A stretch of DNA of 46,253 nt from a virus. Taxonomy: Duplodnaviria > Heunggongvirae > Uroviricota > Caudoviricetes. The position numbers and the translations under genes were made by a program. The stretch is from positions 1-46,253 of IMG/VR virus record IMGVR_UViG_2721755496_000003; one strand, 5' to 3'. The notes under the pieces were generated by a model. It saw only the letters and a program-made list of their open reading frames with translations. It was not told where the DNA came from and made no database searches. How positions within the stretch are numbered: position 1 is the first letter of the stretch; each line of letters starts with the position of its first letter. This document shows positions 11,274-24,868 of the stretch, piece by piece.

Positions 11274-11677
11274 TTTCCCGCAGAAACAGGCTCTGCAGGC
11301 CCGGCGTCCTCTGTCTGTTCAGGGGCATTATTCACCACAAACTCATACATACCAGACAGCCGGTACACCACGTTTTCAGCATGAGAAATTGCCTCCGTGG
11401 GCCAGGTGGTAAGCACTTCCTGCTCAATCTGTTTAACGGCTTCATTCATGGACGGCATCTGCGTCTTCTGCGGATGGTTATGCCACAGGGACATCGCCAC
11501 CAGAAACGCGCCGGTTCTGATGGCGTCTTCCACAGTAAACTTCCGGTTGCTGTCTGACTCCGCCTGTTCTGCCTGCCGTTTCATCAGGGCGAGATGCTCA
11601 ATGCGCTGCAGGGCTGACAGTTCAGAAAGCGTGACGGTCACACCGTTATGTTCAAATGATTCGGTTTTCAGGAACAT
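11255..11677 (-). CDS. G: Tail assembly chaperone G
   Basis: 140 aa, lambda G length and position. Confidence 0.8.
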   Translation of the reverse strand: MFLKTESFEHNGVTVTLSELSALQRIEHLALMKRQAEQAESDSNRKFTVEDAIRTGAFLVAMSLWHNHPQKTQMPSMNEAVKQIEQEVLTTWPTEAISHAENVVYRLSGMYEFVVNNAPEQTEDAGPAEPVSAGKCSTVS

Positions 11678-11692
11678 CGCTGACTCTCCGGA

Positions 11693-12433
11693 TTAACTGG
11701 CGGTGACGGTAATTTCTGCAACCGCAGCAAACTCACCATTACCGGATACAACCGGAATGTTGACCTTGCCTGCAGCAACGCCGTTCACGGTGATGGTCAT
11801 ACCACTGACCGACACGGTGGCTTTTGTTTTATCCGCAGACACCGCACGAAAGCTCTTGTCGGTTACGCCCTCCGGCTGGAAGGCCACGGTCAGCGTGGTG
11901 CTCTGCCCTTTCACCACCGAGGTGCTGGCAGGCGTCACGGTCATGCCGGTTGCCGCTGTTACCGTGCTGCGATCTTCTGCCATCGACGGACGTCCCACAT
12001 TGGTGACTTTCACCGTGCGGGTGATCACTTCCTTCGCCGTCACCGCCTTACCGATACTGCTGACCCAGCCACGGAACACATCGACCGTGCCGTTCGGGAA
12101 GCGGATTTTATAGGCACGGGTATCGCCTTCATTAAACCACGCCAGCAGCGCCTGCTGCCCCTGCTCTCCGGGCATCCACGCCAGCGTGAAGCTGGTATCT
12201 CCGGCAGATTTCTGCCCCTGCCCGGTCGCAGTCCAGTCTGCATCTTCATCATCGAGATAGCTGTCGTCATAGGACTCAGCGGTCAGTTCGCCGGGCGTCA
12301 GGTCTTTAACTTTTGCCAGACGCGACCAGTCAACGTCTGAAAGCGGATTCGCATAAGGGTCACCGCTCCCCTTATAAACCCACAGGGTGGTCCCGGCACC
12401 TTTCACCGGCATTGTAGGATTTGGTACAGGCAT
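11693..12433 (-). CDS. V: Major tail protein V
   Basis: [30 protein letters not shown]... matches lambda V; start set at the internal ATG matching lambda. Confidence 0.85.
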
Positions 12434-12440
12434 AGCGTCC

Positions 12441-12836
12441 TCACATTTCATAGGTAATGACATAAGTCAGATCGGCTGAACTCCACAGGCCCGCATCATC
12501 GTCGCGCCGGTAGTCATAGCCGCTGGCCACCATACTGGTGATCAAATCTGACAGTGCCGGGATATCGCTCATCACCGGATAAATCCGGGACTCCATCCAC
12601 GCATCCAGCTCTGAATCCGGCACCTGAGCAGGCAGGAAAACTTCGATATGCAGCTCCGCCTGCCAGGTATCGCTGTCCAGCTCTTCGCCCGTGTATTCAG
12701 CGCCGGTGAGATAAACGGCAACTGCCGGAAAATCCGCCTCATCAAAAACAGCGGGGCGACCATCAAAAAACGTCGCCCCGGTGTCATGCTTCTCCAGTGC
12801 ATCCAGTACGGCTGCACGGAGTTCAGTATGTTTCAT
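12441..12836 (-). CDS. U: Tail terminator protein U
   Basis: 131 aa, lambda order. Confidence 0.8.
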
Positions 12837-13411
12837 CGCTTTATTACCATCCTCAGTTGATGCTGCAGCGCATAGCCCAGCTCTTTCGGAAGACGCTCAC
12901 GCCGTATCCGCTCAATATTCTGTTTAAACGCCGTGGTCAGCGGCACCGCCATCGGGATTTTCACCACATCAATGGGGTAACGGTTTTTCCCGGCCACACG
13001 CTGCATGACATGCCAGCGGCCATTTTTCAGTTGCTGAATAAACGCGCCGGGAATACGACGGTTTCCCACCACAAGCACGCTGCCGCCACCTTTCAGGGCT
13101 GAACGCTGCCCCTTTTTACGACGCCTGCGTCGGGACAGGACAATCCGCGCGTTACCCAGCTTTATTACGGGCAAATCCCCCCGGTTAACCTTGATTCTGG
13201 CCTGCGGATTTTTGACCGTGGCCCTTTTCAGCCTGGCCCTTTCCTTTACCAGTTTCCGGCGTACCTTTGTCTCACGGGCAACCTGTGACGCCGACTGCGA
13301 TATCGCGGATGAAGCAACGCGGTTAATGGCCATTGCGGCGGCACCGGGCACCGCCGTTCTGCTGATACGGCTGAGGTTTTCAACGGCCTGCTCAAGACCT
13401 TTTATGGCCAT
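12833..13411 (-). CDS. Z: Tail completion protein Z
   Basis: 192 aa, lambda order. Confidence 0.8.
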   Translation of the reverse strand: MAIKGLEQAVENLSRISRTAVPGAAAMAINRVASSAISQSASQVARETKVRRKLVKERARLKRATVKNPQARIKVNRGDLPVIKLGNARIVLSRRRRRKKGQRSALKGGGSVLVVGNRRIPGAFIQQLKNGRWHVMQRVAGKNRYPIDVVKIPMAVPLTTAFKQNIERIRRERLPKELGYALQHQLRMVIKR

Positions 13412-13422
13412 ACATCCCTCTT

Positions 13423-13776
13423 TCAGCGGCGACGGTTAACGGCAGGCGGTACGCCCCGCCCAAGCCAGAGATGACAGCTTCCGCCATCATCCGGCGAAAT
13501 CCGGTCTATCCAGAAGTTTTCCTCACCGATAGTCAGCGTGTCGCCGCGCCGCAGCTGCCGCACATCATCAGTCCGGACAAACAGGGACGGGCTGGAGCCT
13601 TCAACGCGCACGCCCTGTCCGGCATAGCTGATATTTTCAGGGTCATCAAAAACACCACGTATCACCGCACCGGACTGCTCACCGGATGTCATGGTGGCTG
13701 ACGTTCCCATGTACCCGCGAATCGTTTCATCGGCGCGGGCAATGGCAGCATCGAACAGGTTATCGAAATCAGCCAC
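13423..13776 (-). CDS. FII: Head-tail joining protein FII
   Basis: 117 aa MADFDNLFDAAIARADETIRGYMG..., matches lambda FII. Confidence 0.8.
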   Translation of the reverse strand: MADFDNLFDAAIARADETIRGYMGTSATMTSGEQSGAVIRGVFDDPENISYAGQGVRVEGSSPSLFVRTDDVRQLRRGDTLTIGEENFWIDRISPDDGGSCHLWLGRGVPPAVNRRR

Positions 13777-13787
13777 AGCGCCTCCCG

Positions 13788-14183
13788 TTATTGCATTCTG
13801 GCCAGGCCGCGCTCTGTCATTTCAGTTGCCACACCGGCAGAGACACGGAACGCCGTTCCCGGCAGCACAAATGCCACAGGTTCATCCCGCGTGGCGTGAA
13901 GTGCATCAGTATGCAGCGTCACCAGTGCCACAACCGTGACCAGATCAGCCGTATCAGTCACGGTATCCGGCTGCGCTGATACCACCTCATTTTCATGTCC
14001 GGTCAGCGCATTTTCCGGGCTGACAGATGTGTCCTGACCGGCAGCGTCATCCGTGTCATCAAGCTCCTCTTCCAGCTCTGCCACACGGAGCGCCAGTTCT
14101 TCTTTCGTCCCCGTCAGGCTGACATCACGGTTCAGTTGTTCACCCAGCGAGCGGAGACGGGCAATCAGTTCATCTTTCGTCAT
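13788..14183 (-). CDS. FI: DNA packaging protein FI
   Basis: MTKDELIARLRSLGEQLNRDVSLTGTKEELALRVAEL... matches lambda FI; start at internal ATG. Confidence 0.75.
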   Translation of the reverse strand: MTKDELIARLRSLGEQLNRDVSLTGTKEELALRVAELEEELDDTDDAAGQDTSVSPENALTGHENEVVSAQPDTVTDTADLVTVVALVTLHTDALHATRDEPVAFVLPGTAFRVSAGVATEMTERGLARMQ

Positions 14184-14223
14184 GGACTCCTCCACAGAGA
14201 GAAATGGCCCCGAAGGGCCATGA

Positions 14224-15249
14224 TTACGCCAGTTGTACGGACACGAACTCATCAGGATCAGCCAGCAGCATCAGCGGTGCTGACTGAATCATGGTGAACT
14301 CACGCGCCGGATCACCTGATGTCTTCCAGTTTTTCGGATAACGAGGAGACGCATTAATACCCTCACTCAATGCATCCGCATCCTGAATACAGCCATAGGT
14401 ACGCAGACCGCGTGCCTGAGTGTTCCCAAGCACCATCGTGTTGTCCGGCAGGAAGTTCTTTTTGACACCGTTTTCCACGTACTGTCCGGAATACACGACG
14501 ATGGCAACATCGCCATACATCCCCTTATAGGACACCGCTTTACCCAGGTCTTTCACCGCTGTCTCCAGCTCGGAATGAGAGCCGCGACGGGTATCCAGCT
14601 TCTCCCTGACGGCTTTGAAGGAACGGAACAGCGCCCAGCCTTTCGGATCGAACACGATGATATTCACCACACCGCTGGCGTTCAGCGCGTAGGCTTCGAT
14701 ATCGTCGGTCGGGTCATACGTGGACTTGTCACGCTTGCTCCACTCCGTGCCACCGGACTGCGTGATGTTATTCGCCGCACTGCGGCCCATATCCACCTCA
14801 ACCGGATCGAAGGCTTCACCGGTCATGGTGTATTTGCCCTTAAGCACGGCAGAAACGGCCTGCATCTCTTCGACCTGGGCAATGGCCAGCTCTTCGTCAC
14901 GCATGTTCTGCATGATGATGCGACGGCGACGGTAAGCCGGGTCAGCCAAGTTCTGCGGATCTTCATCCGGCAGGCGACGCAGGGTCATCTGCGGATTCAC
15001 CTCATGCTTCGGCTTGACATATCCCGGCGTAAATTCAGAGGTGGAGCCGCCACGGGAGCGGATAACCTCACCGGAAACAATCGGCGAAACGTACAGCGCC
15101 ATGTTTACCAGTCCCGGAATTTGTGAGAGATAGACTTTCTCCGTGGTGAAGGGATAGCTCTCACGGAAAAAGAGGCGCAGAAACAGCGGATCAAACTTAA
15201 ATTTCTGCTCATTTGCCGCCAGCAGTTGGGCGGTTGTGTACATCGACAT
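14224..15249 (-). CDS. E: Major capsid protein E
   Basis: MSMYTTAQLLAANEQKFKFDPLFLRLFF..., near-identical to lambda E (341 aa). Confidence 0.9.
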   Translation of the reverse strand: MSMYTTAQLLAANEQKFKFDPLFLRLFFRESYPFTTEKVYLSQIPGLVNMALYVSPIVSGEVIRSRGGSTSEFTPGYVKPKHEVNPQMTLRRLPDEDPQNLADPAYRRRRIIMQNMRDEELAIAQVEEMQAVSAVLKGKYTMTGEAFDPVEVDMGRSAANNITQSGGTEWSKRDKSTYDPTDDIEAYALNASGVVNIIVFDPKGWALFRSFKAVREKLDTRRGSHSELETAVKDLGKAVSYKGMYGDVAIVVYSGQYVENGVKKNFLPDNTMVLGNTQARGLRTYGCIQDADALSEGINASPRYPKNWKTSGDPAREFTMIQSAPLMLLADPDEFVSVQLA

Positions 15250-15304
15250 AAAAAAATCCCGTAAAAAAAGCCGCACAGGCGGCCTTTAGTGATGAAGGGT
15301 AAAG

Positions 15305-15637
15305 TTAAACGATGCTGATTGCCGTTCCGGCAAACGCGGTCCGTTTTTTCGTCTCGTCGCTGGCAGCCTCCGGCCAGAGCACATCCTCATAACGGAACGT
15401 GCCGGACTTGTAGAACGTCAGCGTGGTGCTGGTCTGGTCAGCATCAACCGCCAGAATGCCAACGGCAGCACCGTCGGTGGTGCCATCCCACGCAACCAGC
15501 TTACGGGTGGAGGTGTCCAGCATCAGCGGGGTCATTGCAGGCGCTTTCGCACTCAATCCGCCGGGCGCGGTTGCGGTATGAGCCGGGTCACTGTTGCCCA
15601 GCGGCTGGTAATGGGTAAAGGTTTCTTTGCTCGTCAT
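15305..15637 (-). CDS. D: Capsid decoration protein D
   Basis: [27 protein letters not shown]... matches lambda D. Confidence 0.85.
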   Translation of the reverse strand: MTSKETFTHYQPLGNSDPAHTATAPGGLSAKAPAMTPLMLDTSTRKLVAWDGTTDGAAVGILAVDADQTSTTLTFYKSGTFRYEDVLWPEAASDETKKRTAFAGTAISIV

Positions 15638-15646
15638 AAACATCCC

Positions 15647-16946
15647 TTACACTGGTGTGTTCAGCAAATCGTTAACGGCATCAGATGCCGGGTTACCTGC
15701 AGCCAGCGGTGCCGGTGCCCCCTGCATCAGACGATCCAGCGCAGTGTCACTGCGCGCCTGTGCACTCTGTGGTGCTGCGGCCAGAATGCGGCGGGCCGTT
15801 TCCACGGTCATTCCGGGGGTTTCTGCCAGCACGCGTGCCTGTTCTTCGCGTCCGTGAGCCTCCTCACAGTTGAGGATCCCCATAATGCGGCTGTTTTCTG
15901 CCGCAACCGCTGCGGTGATCTGCGCGTTCACGTCCGGCTGCGCCGCGCTGGCGTTTTCGCCCTCCGTCGCTGACACCACGTCAGTAACATCAGCCTGCGA
16001 AGCAGTGGCTGAAACAGTTGTTGATTGAGTCTCTTTGGTCATTCGCCCTCCTGAGAGACGGGGTTTACGTGCATCCAGTGCATCACGCATGACGGTGATC
16101 GCATCGGTGCTGTTAACAAGTTCATCAGCCAGTCCGGCATCAATGGCCTCCTGACCGCTGTACACTGCAGCCTCGGTATCCAGCACAGCCTGCACGGACA
16201 GGCCGGTATATGCCGACACCTTCTGCGCAAACATCTGGCGGGTTGCGTCCATCCGGGACTGCAGTGTCTCCCGGACGTCATCCGGAAGATGGCTGTAGGG
16301 GTTGCCATCCACCTTATGGCTGCCGCTGTAAATCAGCGTGATTTCCACGCCCTGTTTCTCCAGCGCAGCACCGTAATTACTGTGAGCCATCATGACGCCG
16401 ATGGAGCCTGTCCGGGCGGTCTGCGTGACCAGACGCCGGGAGGCGGCGCTGGCAAGCAGCTGACCTGCACTGCAGTTCATGTCGTTGGCCAGCGCCCATA
16501 CCGGCTTTATGTCACGCACACGGGCGATGATGTCAGCGCAGTCAAATGCCCCTGCCACCATTCCGCCGGGCGTGTCCATATCGAGCAGAATGCCGTCCAC
16601 CATCGGATCGCTGGCAGCCTGTTGCAGACGGGCGATAATGCCGTTGTAACCGGTCATCCCCGAATAAGGCTGCAGCGCCCGCGTCCGGCTGACCAGCGTA
16701 CCGGACACCGGCAGCACGGCGATGCCGTTCATGACCTGATAACTGCGGGCCTGTCGTGGTCCGTCATCATCACCGGATAACGCCAGCGTCGCGGGTGCCT
16801 CTCCGGCAGCCAGGCTGTCGCCGGATACTGCATCCGTCAGGCGGCTGATCCCAAGCTGGCCTGCAAGCGCACAAAAGAAAACCCGCGCATAGGCGGGTTC
16901 AAGCATCAGCGGCTCATTAAAAGCCATGCTGGCAATATGCGGGAGA

Positions 16947-16966
<20 letters not shown>
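15647..16966 (-). CDS. C: Capsid assembly protease C, with the in-frame scaffold Nu3 in its C-terminal part
   Basis: (V)TAELRNLPHIASMAFNEPLMLEPAYARVFF... matches lambda C; likely GTG start at 16966 preceded by AGGAGAAGA. Confidence 0.8.
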
Positions 16967-20647
<3,681 letters not shown>

Positions 20648-20673
<26 letters not shown>

Positions 20674-21193
20674 TCAGCAACCCCGGTATCAGCTCATCCA
20701 GCGCGGCTGCTTTGTTCATGGCTTTGATGATATCCCGTTTCAGGAAATCAACATGTCGGTTTTCCAGTTCCGGAAAACGCCGCTGCACCGACAGGGGGAT
20801 CCCGTCGAGAATACTGGCAATTTCACCTGCGATCCGCGACAGCACGAAAGTACAGAATGCGGTTTCCACCACTTCAGCGGAGTCTCTGGCATTTTTCAGC
20901 TCCTGTGCGTCGGCCTGCGCACGCGTAAGTCGATGGCGTTCGTACTCAATAGTCCCTGGCTGGAGATCTGTCTCGCTGGCCTGCCGCAGTTCTTCAACTT
21001 CCCGGCGCAGCTTTTCGTTCTCAATTTCAGCATCCCTTTCGGCATACCATTTTATAACGGCGGCAGAGTCATAAAGCACCTCATTACCCTTGCCACCGCC
21101 TCGCAGAACGGGCATTCCCTGTTCCTGCCAGTTCTGAATGGTACGGATACTCGCACCGAAAATGTCAGCCAGCTGCTTTTTGTTGACTTCCAT
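20648..21193 (-). CDS. nu1: Terminase small subunit Nu1
   Basis: 181 aa MEVNKKQLADIFGASIRTIQNWQEQGMPVLRGGGKGNEVLYDSAAV..., matches lambda Nu1. Confidence 0.9.
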
Positions 21194-21400
21194 TGTTCAT
21201 TCCACGGCCAAAAACAGAGAAAGGAAACGACAGAGGCCCAAAAGCTCGTTTTCAGCACCTGTCGTTTCCTTTCTTTTCAGGGGGTATTTTAAATAAAAAC
21301 ATTAAGTTACGACGAAGAAGAACGGAAACACCTTAAACCGGAAAATTTTCATAAATAGCGAAAACCCGCGCGCCTTCCGCCCCGTGGACAGGCCTACCCC
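21194..21400 (-). other. cos region (cosB/cosN/cosQ equivalent) upstream of Nu1
   Basis: Reverse complement of lambda left-end sequence as recalled (GCGAAAACCCGCG..., TTTTCATAAATAG..., GGAAACGACAG...) is recognisable; the predicted nick-site core reads cgcgccttccgcccc rather than the canonical lambda 12-mer. Confidence 0.5.
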
Positions 21401-21823
21401 ACCAGGAGGACCCATAAAAAGGTCGAAAATATACGCTCTGTTCTCACGTATTTTTCGAATTGATTACACCTCTGGAAATAAGATAAAAATACAAACGAAA
21501 AAAAAGATATATCCACTGATTCGTGCCATTTCATGCCGCATACCACCTGCGGCTTTTTTTATCATCCACTCAAATATCCTCATACCTGTATTCTTTCTTC
21601 CACGCCATGTTGCACCTGAATGAGTATGCAACATTGCTGACGATGTCAGTTGCAATAGAGGTTTACAACCAACCACAAATACAGATAAGACATATCAAAA
21701 GAATAAATTAGCAAAAAAATAATACCTCTGCTTTATCATGCGAAAATAACAAATAGACATTAGCTTTTCACTTCATTATTTTCCCGCCGCACAGTAACCT
21801 TCAGTTAAACACCATGGTTTTAC

Positions 21824-22303
21824 ATGCTTAATCTTTACATCACGCATTCTGATTTATCGCCTCCAGATTGTGTCACAAGAGAGAACAACCGGCTTAGCTC
21901 TGTTATATCCTTGCTTATTTCATCACACAATAGCGATATTATTTCCGTCACTGACTATCTTAAAAAAAATGATATCTCGCATTGTTTTTATTTCCTGTCT
22001 ACAGGGAATATACGCTTTACCACACATAACCATAGTATGATCACGGTACAGACCAAAAAAAGACCTGTTTATATAAACCACAGATCAAACAATATCTGGA
22101 CAAAACTGGTTATCAAAAAACATTTATCCGGTAGCATACCTTTTTTCCGTAGCCACTTTACTCTGTCCCAGGCAGGCATATTTAAATATGTTCTGGATGT
22201 AAACAGGAAACAATGCCAGTATTATTCAATGCAGAACCATATTTTGCATTCACAATTCATCATTCCGGTTTCTTCCACCATCGCACCGGACTGGCGATTA
22301 TGA
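21824..22303 (+). CDS. Hypothetical AT-rich protein (moron) between Rz and cos, opposite strand to the late genes
   Basis: 159-aa ORF in a markedly AT-rich island at the position lambda uses for bor; no recognisable motif. Confidence 0.3.
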   Translation: MLNLYITHSDLSPPDCVTRENNRLSSVISLLISSHNSDIISVTDYLKKNDISHCFYFLSTGNIRFTTHNHSMITVQTKKRPVYINHRSNNIWTKLVIKKHLSGSIPFFRSHFTLSQAGIFKYVLDVNRKQCQYYSMQNHILHSQFIIPVSSTIAPDWRL

Positions 22304-22456
22304 GGGTACAATCCGCGCCCCGTTCAGTTCACGCGGCAAAACCCGGTGTGTATCGTTTCTGATTATTCCCGCACACTCGCGCAGAGGAGTATCCCGCAAG
22401 GGCTGCGGTCTCTGTTAATGCGGGAATACGGCGACGATACTGCGCATAAAGAAAAC

Positions 22457-22924
22457 TTATTTCAGACACTGAGTACGGATATATGCCTGCGCCCCTTCCA
22501 GTTGCGCCTGCATCGTTTTCAACTTGTCTCTGAGGGTGAAATAATTCCATTCAGCGGCGTCTGCCAGTCTGGGGCGGGCTGCATTATCCATGCTGGCGGT
22601 TCCGGTGGTTTTGTCTGTGGTGGACACGCAGGTGGCGTTGACGCGCAGGCGCTTACGGCCAGCGGCAACATCAGCGCGCAGATTTTCATTTTCAGCTCTC
22701 GCATCGGCTAACTCCTTTGTATATTTTGCATCGAGTGCAGCAACATCACGCTGGCGCTGCTGCATGTCAGTAATGGTTGCATTCGCTTTATCCAGTTCAC
22801 TGGCTTTGTTATCGCGCTGCGCTTTGTAGGTAATGGCGTTATCACGGTAATGGTCTGTTGCCAGCCACAGAGCACCACAGGACGCCAGCAGTACAGTAAT
22901 CACCACATACAGAACACTGCTCAT
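22457..22924 (-). CDS. Rz: Inner-membrane spanin component Rz
   Basis: N-terminal TM helix then ...HYRDNAITYKAQRDN...ITDMQQRQRDVAALDAKYTKELADA... matches lambda Rz. Confidence 0.8.
   Translation of the reverse strand: MSSVLYVVITVLLASCGALWLATDHYRDNAITYKAQRDNKASELDKANATITDMQQRQRDVAALDAKYTKELADARAENENLRADVAAGRKRLRVNATCVSTTDKTTGTASMDNAARPRLADAAEWNYFTLRDKLKTMQAQLEGAQAYIRTQCLK
22519..22704 (-). CDS. Rz1: Outer-membrane lipoprotein spanin Rz1, embedded in the +1 frame of Rz
   Basis: Lipobox (LAVSAC), Pro-rich, ends ...PPAWIMQPAPDWQTPLNGIISPSE as in lambda Rz1. Confidence 0.65.
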   Translation of the reverse strand: MRELKMKICALMLPLAVSACASTPPACPPQTKPPEPPAWIMQPAPDWQTPLNGIISPSETS

Positions 22925-22931
22925 ATCACCG

Positions 22932-23063
22932 TCACCCCAGCAACCCGGATAAAGTCAATGCTCGCCAGGCCGTGGAAAGAAAAAGAGCAACCAGCATTAC
23001 TGACAATGAAATGCCGACAATTACACAGAGGACCTGCGCCAGTTTTATGAGTTTGTCTGGCAT
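22932..23063 (-). CDS. Small hydrophobic peptide (43 aa, one predicted TM helix) between R and Rz
   Basis: ATG at 23063-23061; MPDKLIKLAQVLCVIVGISLSVMLVALFLSTAWRALTLSGLLG; stop 8 nt before the Rz start; not in ORF track (below 60 aa). Confidence 0.25.
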   Translation of the reverse strand: MPDKLIKLAQVLCVIVGISLSVMLVALFLSTAWRALTLSGLLG

Positions 23064-23065
23064 GC

Positions 23066-23254
23066 TTACCCCTTAATTGCGGTAATTAACTGTGATACCC
23101 CCCATAAAAACGGGATGATCCAGACCAGCAGAAACTTCCAGTTTGGTAATTGGCCAATCATGAGTCGCAACTCCCTAATCAGTTTGCTAAAATCAATCAA
23201 GGCAGCCTCCCATAACTTACTGCCATAAACACAAAACCCCGTTTGCGCTAACAA
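23066..23254 (-). CDS. Small membrane protein between R and Rz (62 aa from a TTG start, or 31 aa from ATG at 23161 with a GGAG RBS)
   Basis: C-terminal hydrophobic helix KFLLVWIIPFLWGVSQLITAI; GGAG 9 nt upstream of the internal ATG. Confidence 0.25.
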   Translation of the reverse strand: MLAQTGFCVYGSKLWEAALIDFSKLIRELRLMIGQLPNWKFLLVWIIPFLWGVSQLITAIKG

Positions 23255-23270
23255 TCGGGGTTTTTACTTT
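23228..23270. terminator. Bidirectional intrinsic terminator-like hairpin downstream of R
   Basis: aaaaccccg-N14-cggggttttt with A-tract upstream and T-tract downstream. Confidence 0.35.
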
Positions 23271-23354
23271 TATTCACTTACGCTTTGCCATTTCGCAGGA
23301 TTTCGTGTTATCCGCCCGCGTTGGCCAACGTCATTTTTCAGCAGAACATTCTGC

Positions 23355-23888
23355 TTATCTGTCGATACTCCAGCACGCCAGCGCGCTCTCCTGGTCACGC
23401 CGCGATACCTGCCCGTAACAGTTATTTGAGCGGTTCCGACAGTCCCTGCCGCCGTCATATATCCATCGGCGGATTTCAGCACATGCACCTTTCCGGTCTC
23501 CGGCGTTCAGCTTCCGGTAAAACATTGAGGTGAAGCATTTCGAAGGCCCGATGTTGTACGGACAGAATGACGCGATGCCCGCTTTCTGGGGTTCGGTCAG
23601 TGGCACTTTGATGTTTTTCTCCACCCACGCCAGCGCCCTGTCGCGTTCAATGGCATTAACCTGAGCGCATTTTTCCTTCGTCAGCTTCATGCCGGGGACT
23701 ACTGGTCTGCCATCCACCCGGGTGGCACCACGGCAGATGGTCCAGATACCTGCGCCATCACGGTATGCCGTAGTGTGGTTGCCTTCTTTTTCATCCAGAA
23801 ACTGGTCAAGGATTTCAGGCGCAGAAGCCCCTGCGGCAATCAGCGCCAGAACGGCAGCCGACAGGCCGTATCTGATTTTTGTGTTCAT
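23355..23888 (-). CDS. R: SAR endolysin (family-24 lysozyme-type muramidase with N-terminal signal-anchor-release helix)
   Basis: N-terminal hydrophobic LSAAVLALIAAGASA then EGNHTTAYRDGAGIWTICRGATR lysozyme motif; resembles phage 21/933W R. Confidence 0.8.
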   Translation of the reverse strand: MNTKIRYGLSAAVLALIAAGASAPEILDQFLDEKEGNHTTAYRDGAGIWTICRGATRVDGRPVVPGMKLTKEKCAQVNAIERDRALAWVEKNIKVPLTEPQKAGIASFCPYNIGPSKCFTSMFYRKLNAGDRKGACAEIRRWIYDGGRDCRNRSNNCYGQVSRRDQESALACWSIDR

Positions 23889-24005
23889 GGGGATTTATAG
23901 TTTTTTAATCTCTTGATATGTTAAGTATATAATCCAACACTCATGGCAGGTCTCATAAACATATCCCTTGAGACACAACAGATAACAACAAATGAGGCCT
24001 TATAA

Positions 24006-24320
24006 ATGAACAGTAAAGAAAGTTTGCGCAGAAAATTTTTACAACTAATGACAGAAAACGTTAAATCAGAGTTACTTCTTCAGATGGCGGACAATAACGA
24101 AGTAACGAGCAGCATTCTTGCAGACCCTTACGGTAAACTCTCACATAAAACGCTGGATATTATTACCACAACACTAACACCACTTATGCTTCAACGGCTG
24201 AAACATAATATCAACGCATGGGTTAATGAAGAATTAAGTCCTCCCTGCTTATGGGATTCTCGTTACGCATGTCAGCAAAAAATGCGAATTTTCAACTTAC
24301 TATCACCAAAGCTCAGGTAG
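24006..24320 (+). CDS. Hypothetical 104-aa protein inserted between holin and endolysin on the opposite strand
   Basis: AT-rich ORF with GAGG 8-11 nt upstream of the ATG; no recognisable domain. Confidence 0.35.
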   Translation: MNSKESLRRKFLQLMTENVKSELLLQMADNNEVTSSILADPYGKLSHKTLDIITTTLTPLMLQRLKHNINAWVNEELSPPCLWDSRYACQQKMRIFNLLSPKLR

Positions 24321-24575
24321 CCATAAAATCCTGCCCTTCATGGCATACAGGATATCAATGGAATCACAATGACCGCCTCTTGCACAGCTGTGTCCCTGAC
24401 ACCCCGACAACTCAAATTTTCAGTATCTTCTGCTATCTAAAGAGAAAGCATACAAAGTCAAGGACCTTTCATCACATCCTGTTATTGATTGCCTGTTACC
24501 TTTGCATACCTTAGGGAACGTTTTTTCAGTTAGAAATATTCATTTTACAACCAGTTCGTATTTTTTATTCATCGA

Positions 24576-24791
24576 CTACTCTCCACGCGCCGCCTTACGA
24601 CGGTCCTCTTTAATCTTGAAGTACAGGTTCGTCAGGTACGTTAACAGACCAAACAGCAGACTCCCCAGCACGCCTATTGCCGCCCACTGAGACGGGGATA
24701 CCCTGTCCAGCAACTGCAGAAACCAGTATCCCGTCCCGACCGCAGACGTGGTGTATGACACACCTGTTGTGATTTTTTCCATCTGGTACAT
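24576..24791 (-). CDS. S: Class II holin (pinholin, S21-like) with dual-start motif
   Basis: [71 protein letters not shown]; two Met codons at positions 1 and 4; two TM segments. Confidence 0.8.
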   Translation of the reverse strand: MYQMEKITTGVSYTTSAVGTGYWFLQLLDRVSPSQWAAIGVLGSLLFGLLTYLTNLYFKIKEDRRKAARGE

Positions 24792-24868
24792 ATCCCCGCC
24801 TCCCGCTCACCGGAAGCGCACGATAACAAAAGACCACCGCGATATGCTGGTGGCCTGTGCGTCATGTA

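Noticed and set aside
21384-21711. Short ORFs on both strands in the AT-rich segment next to cos
   Set aside because: Low-complexity, mutually overlapping, no RBS; the region is better interpreted as cos-proximal non-coding/promoter DNA.
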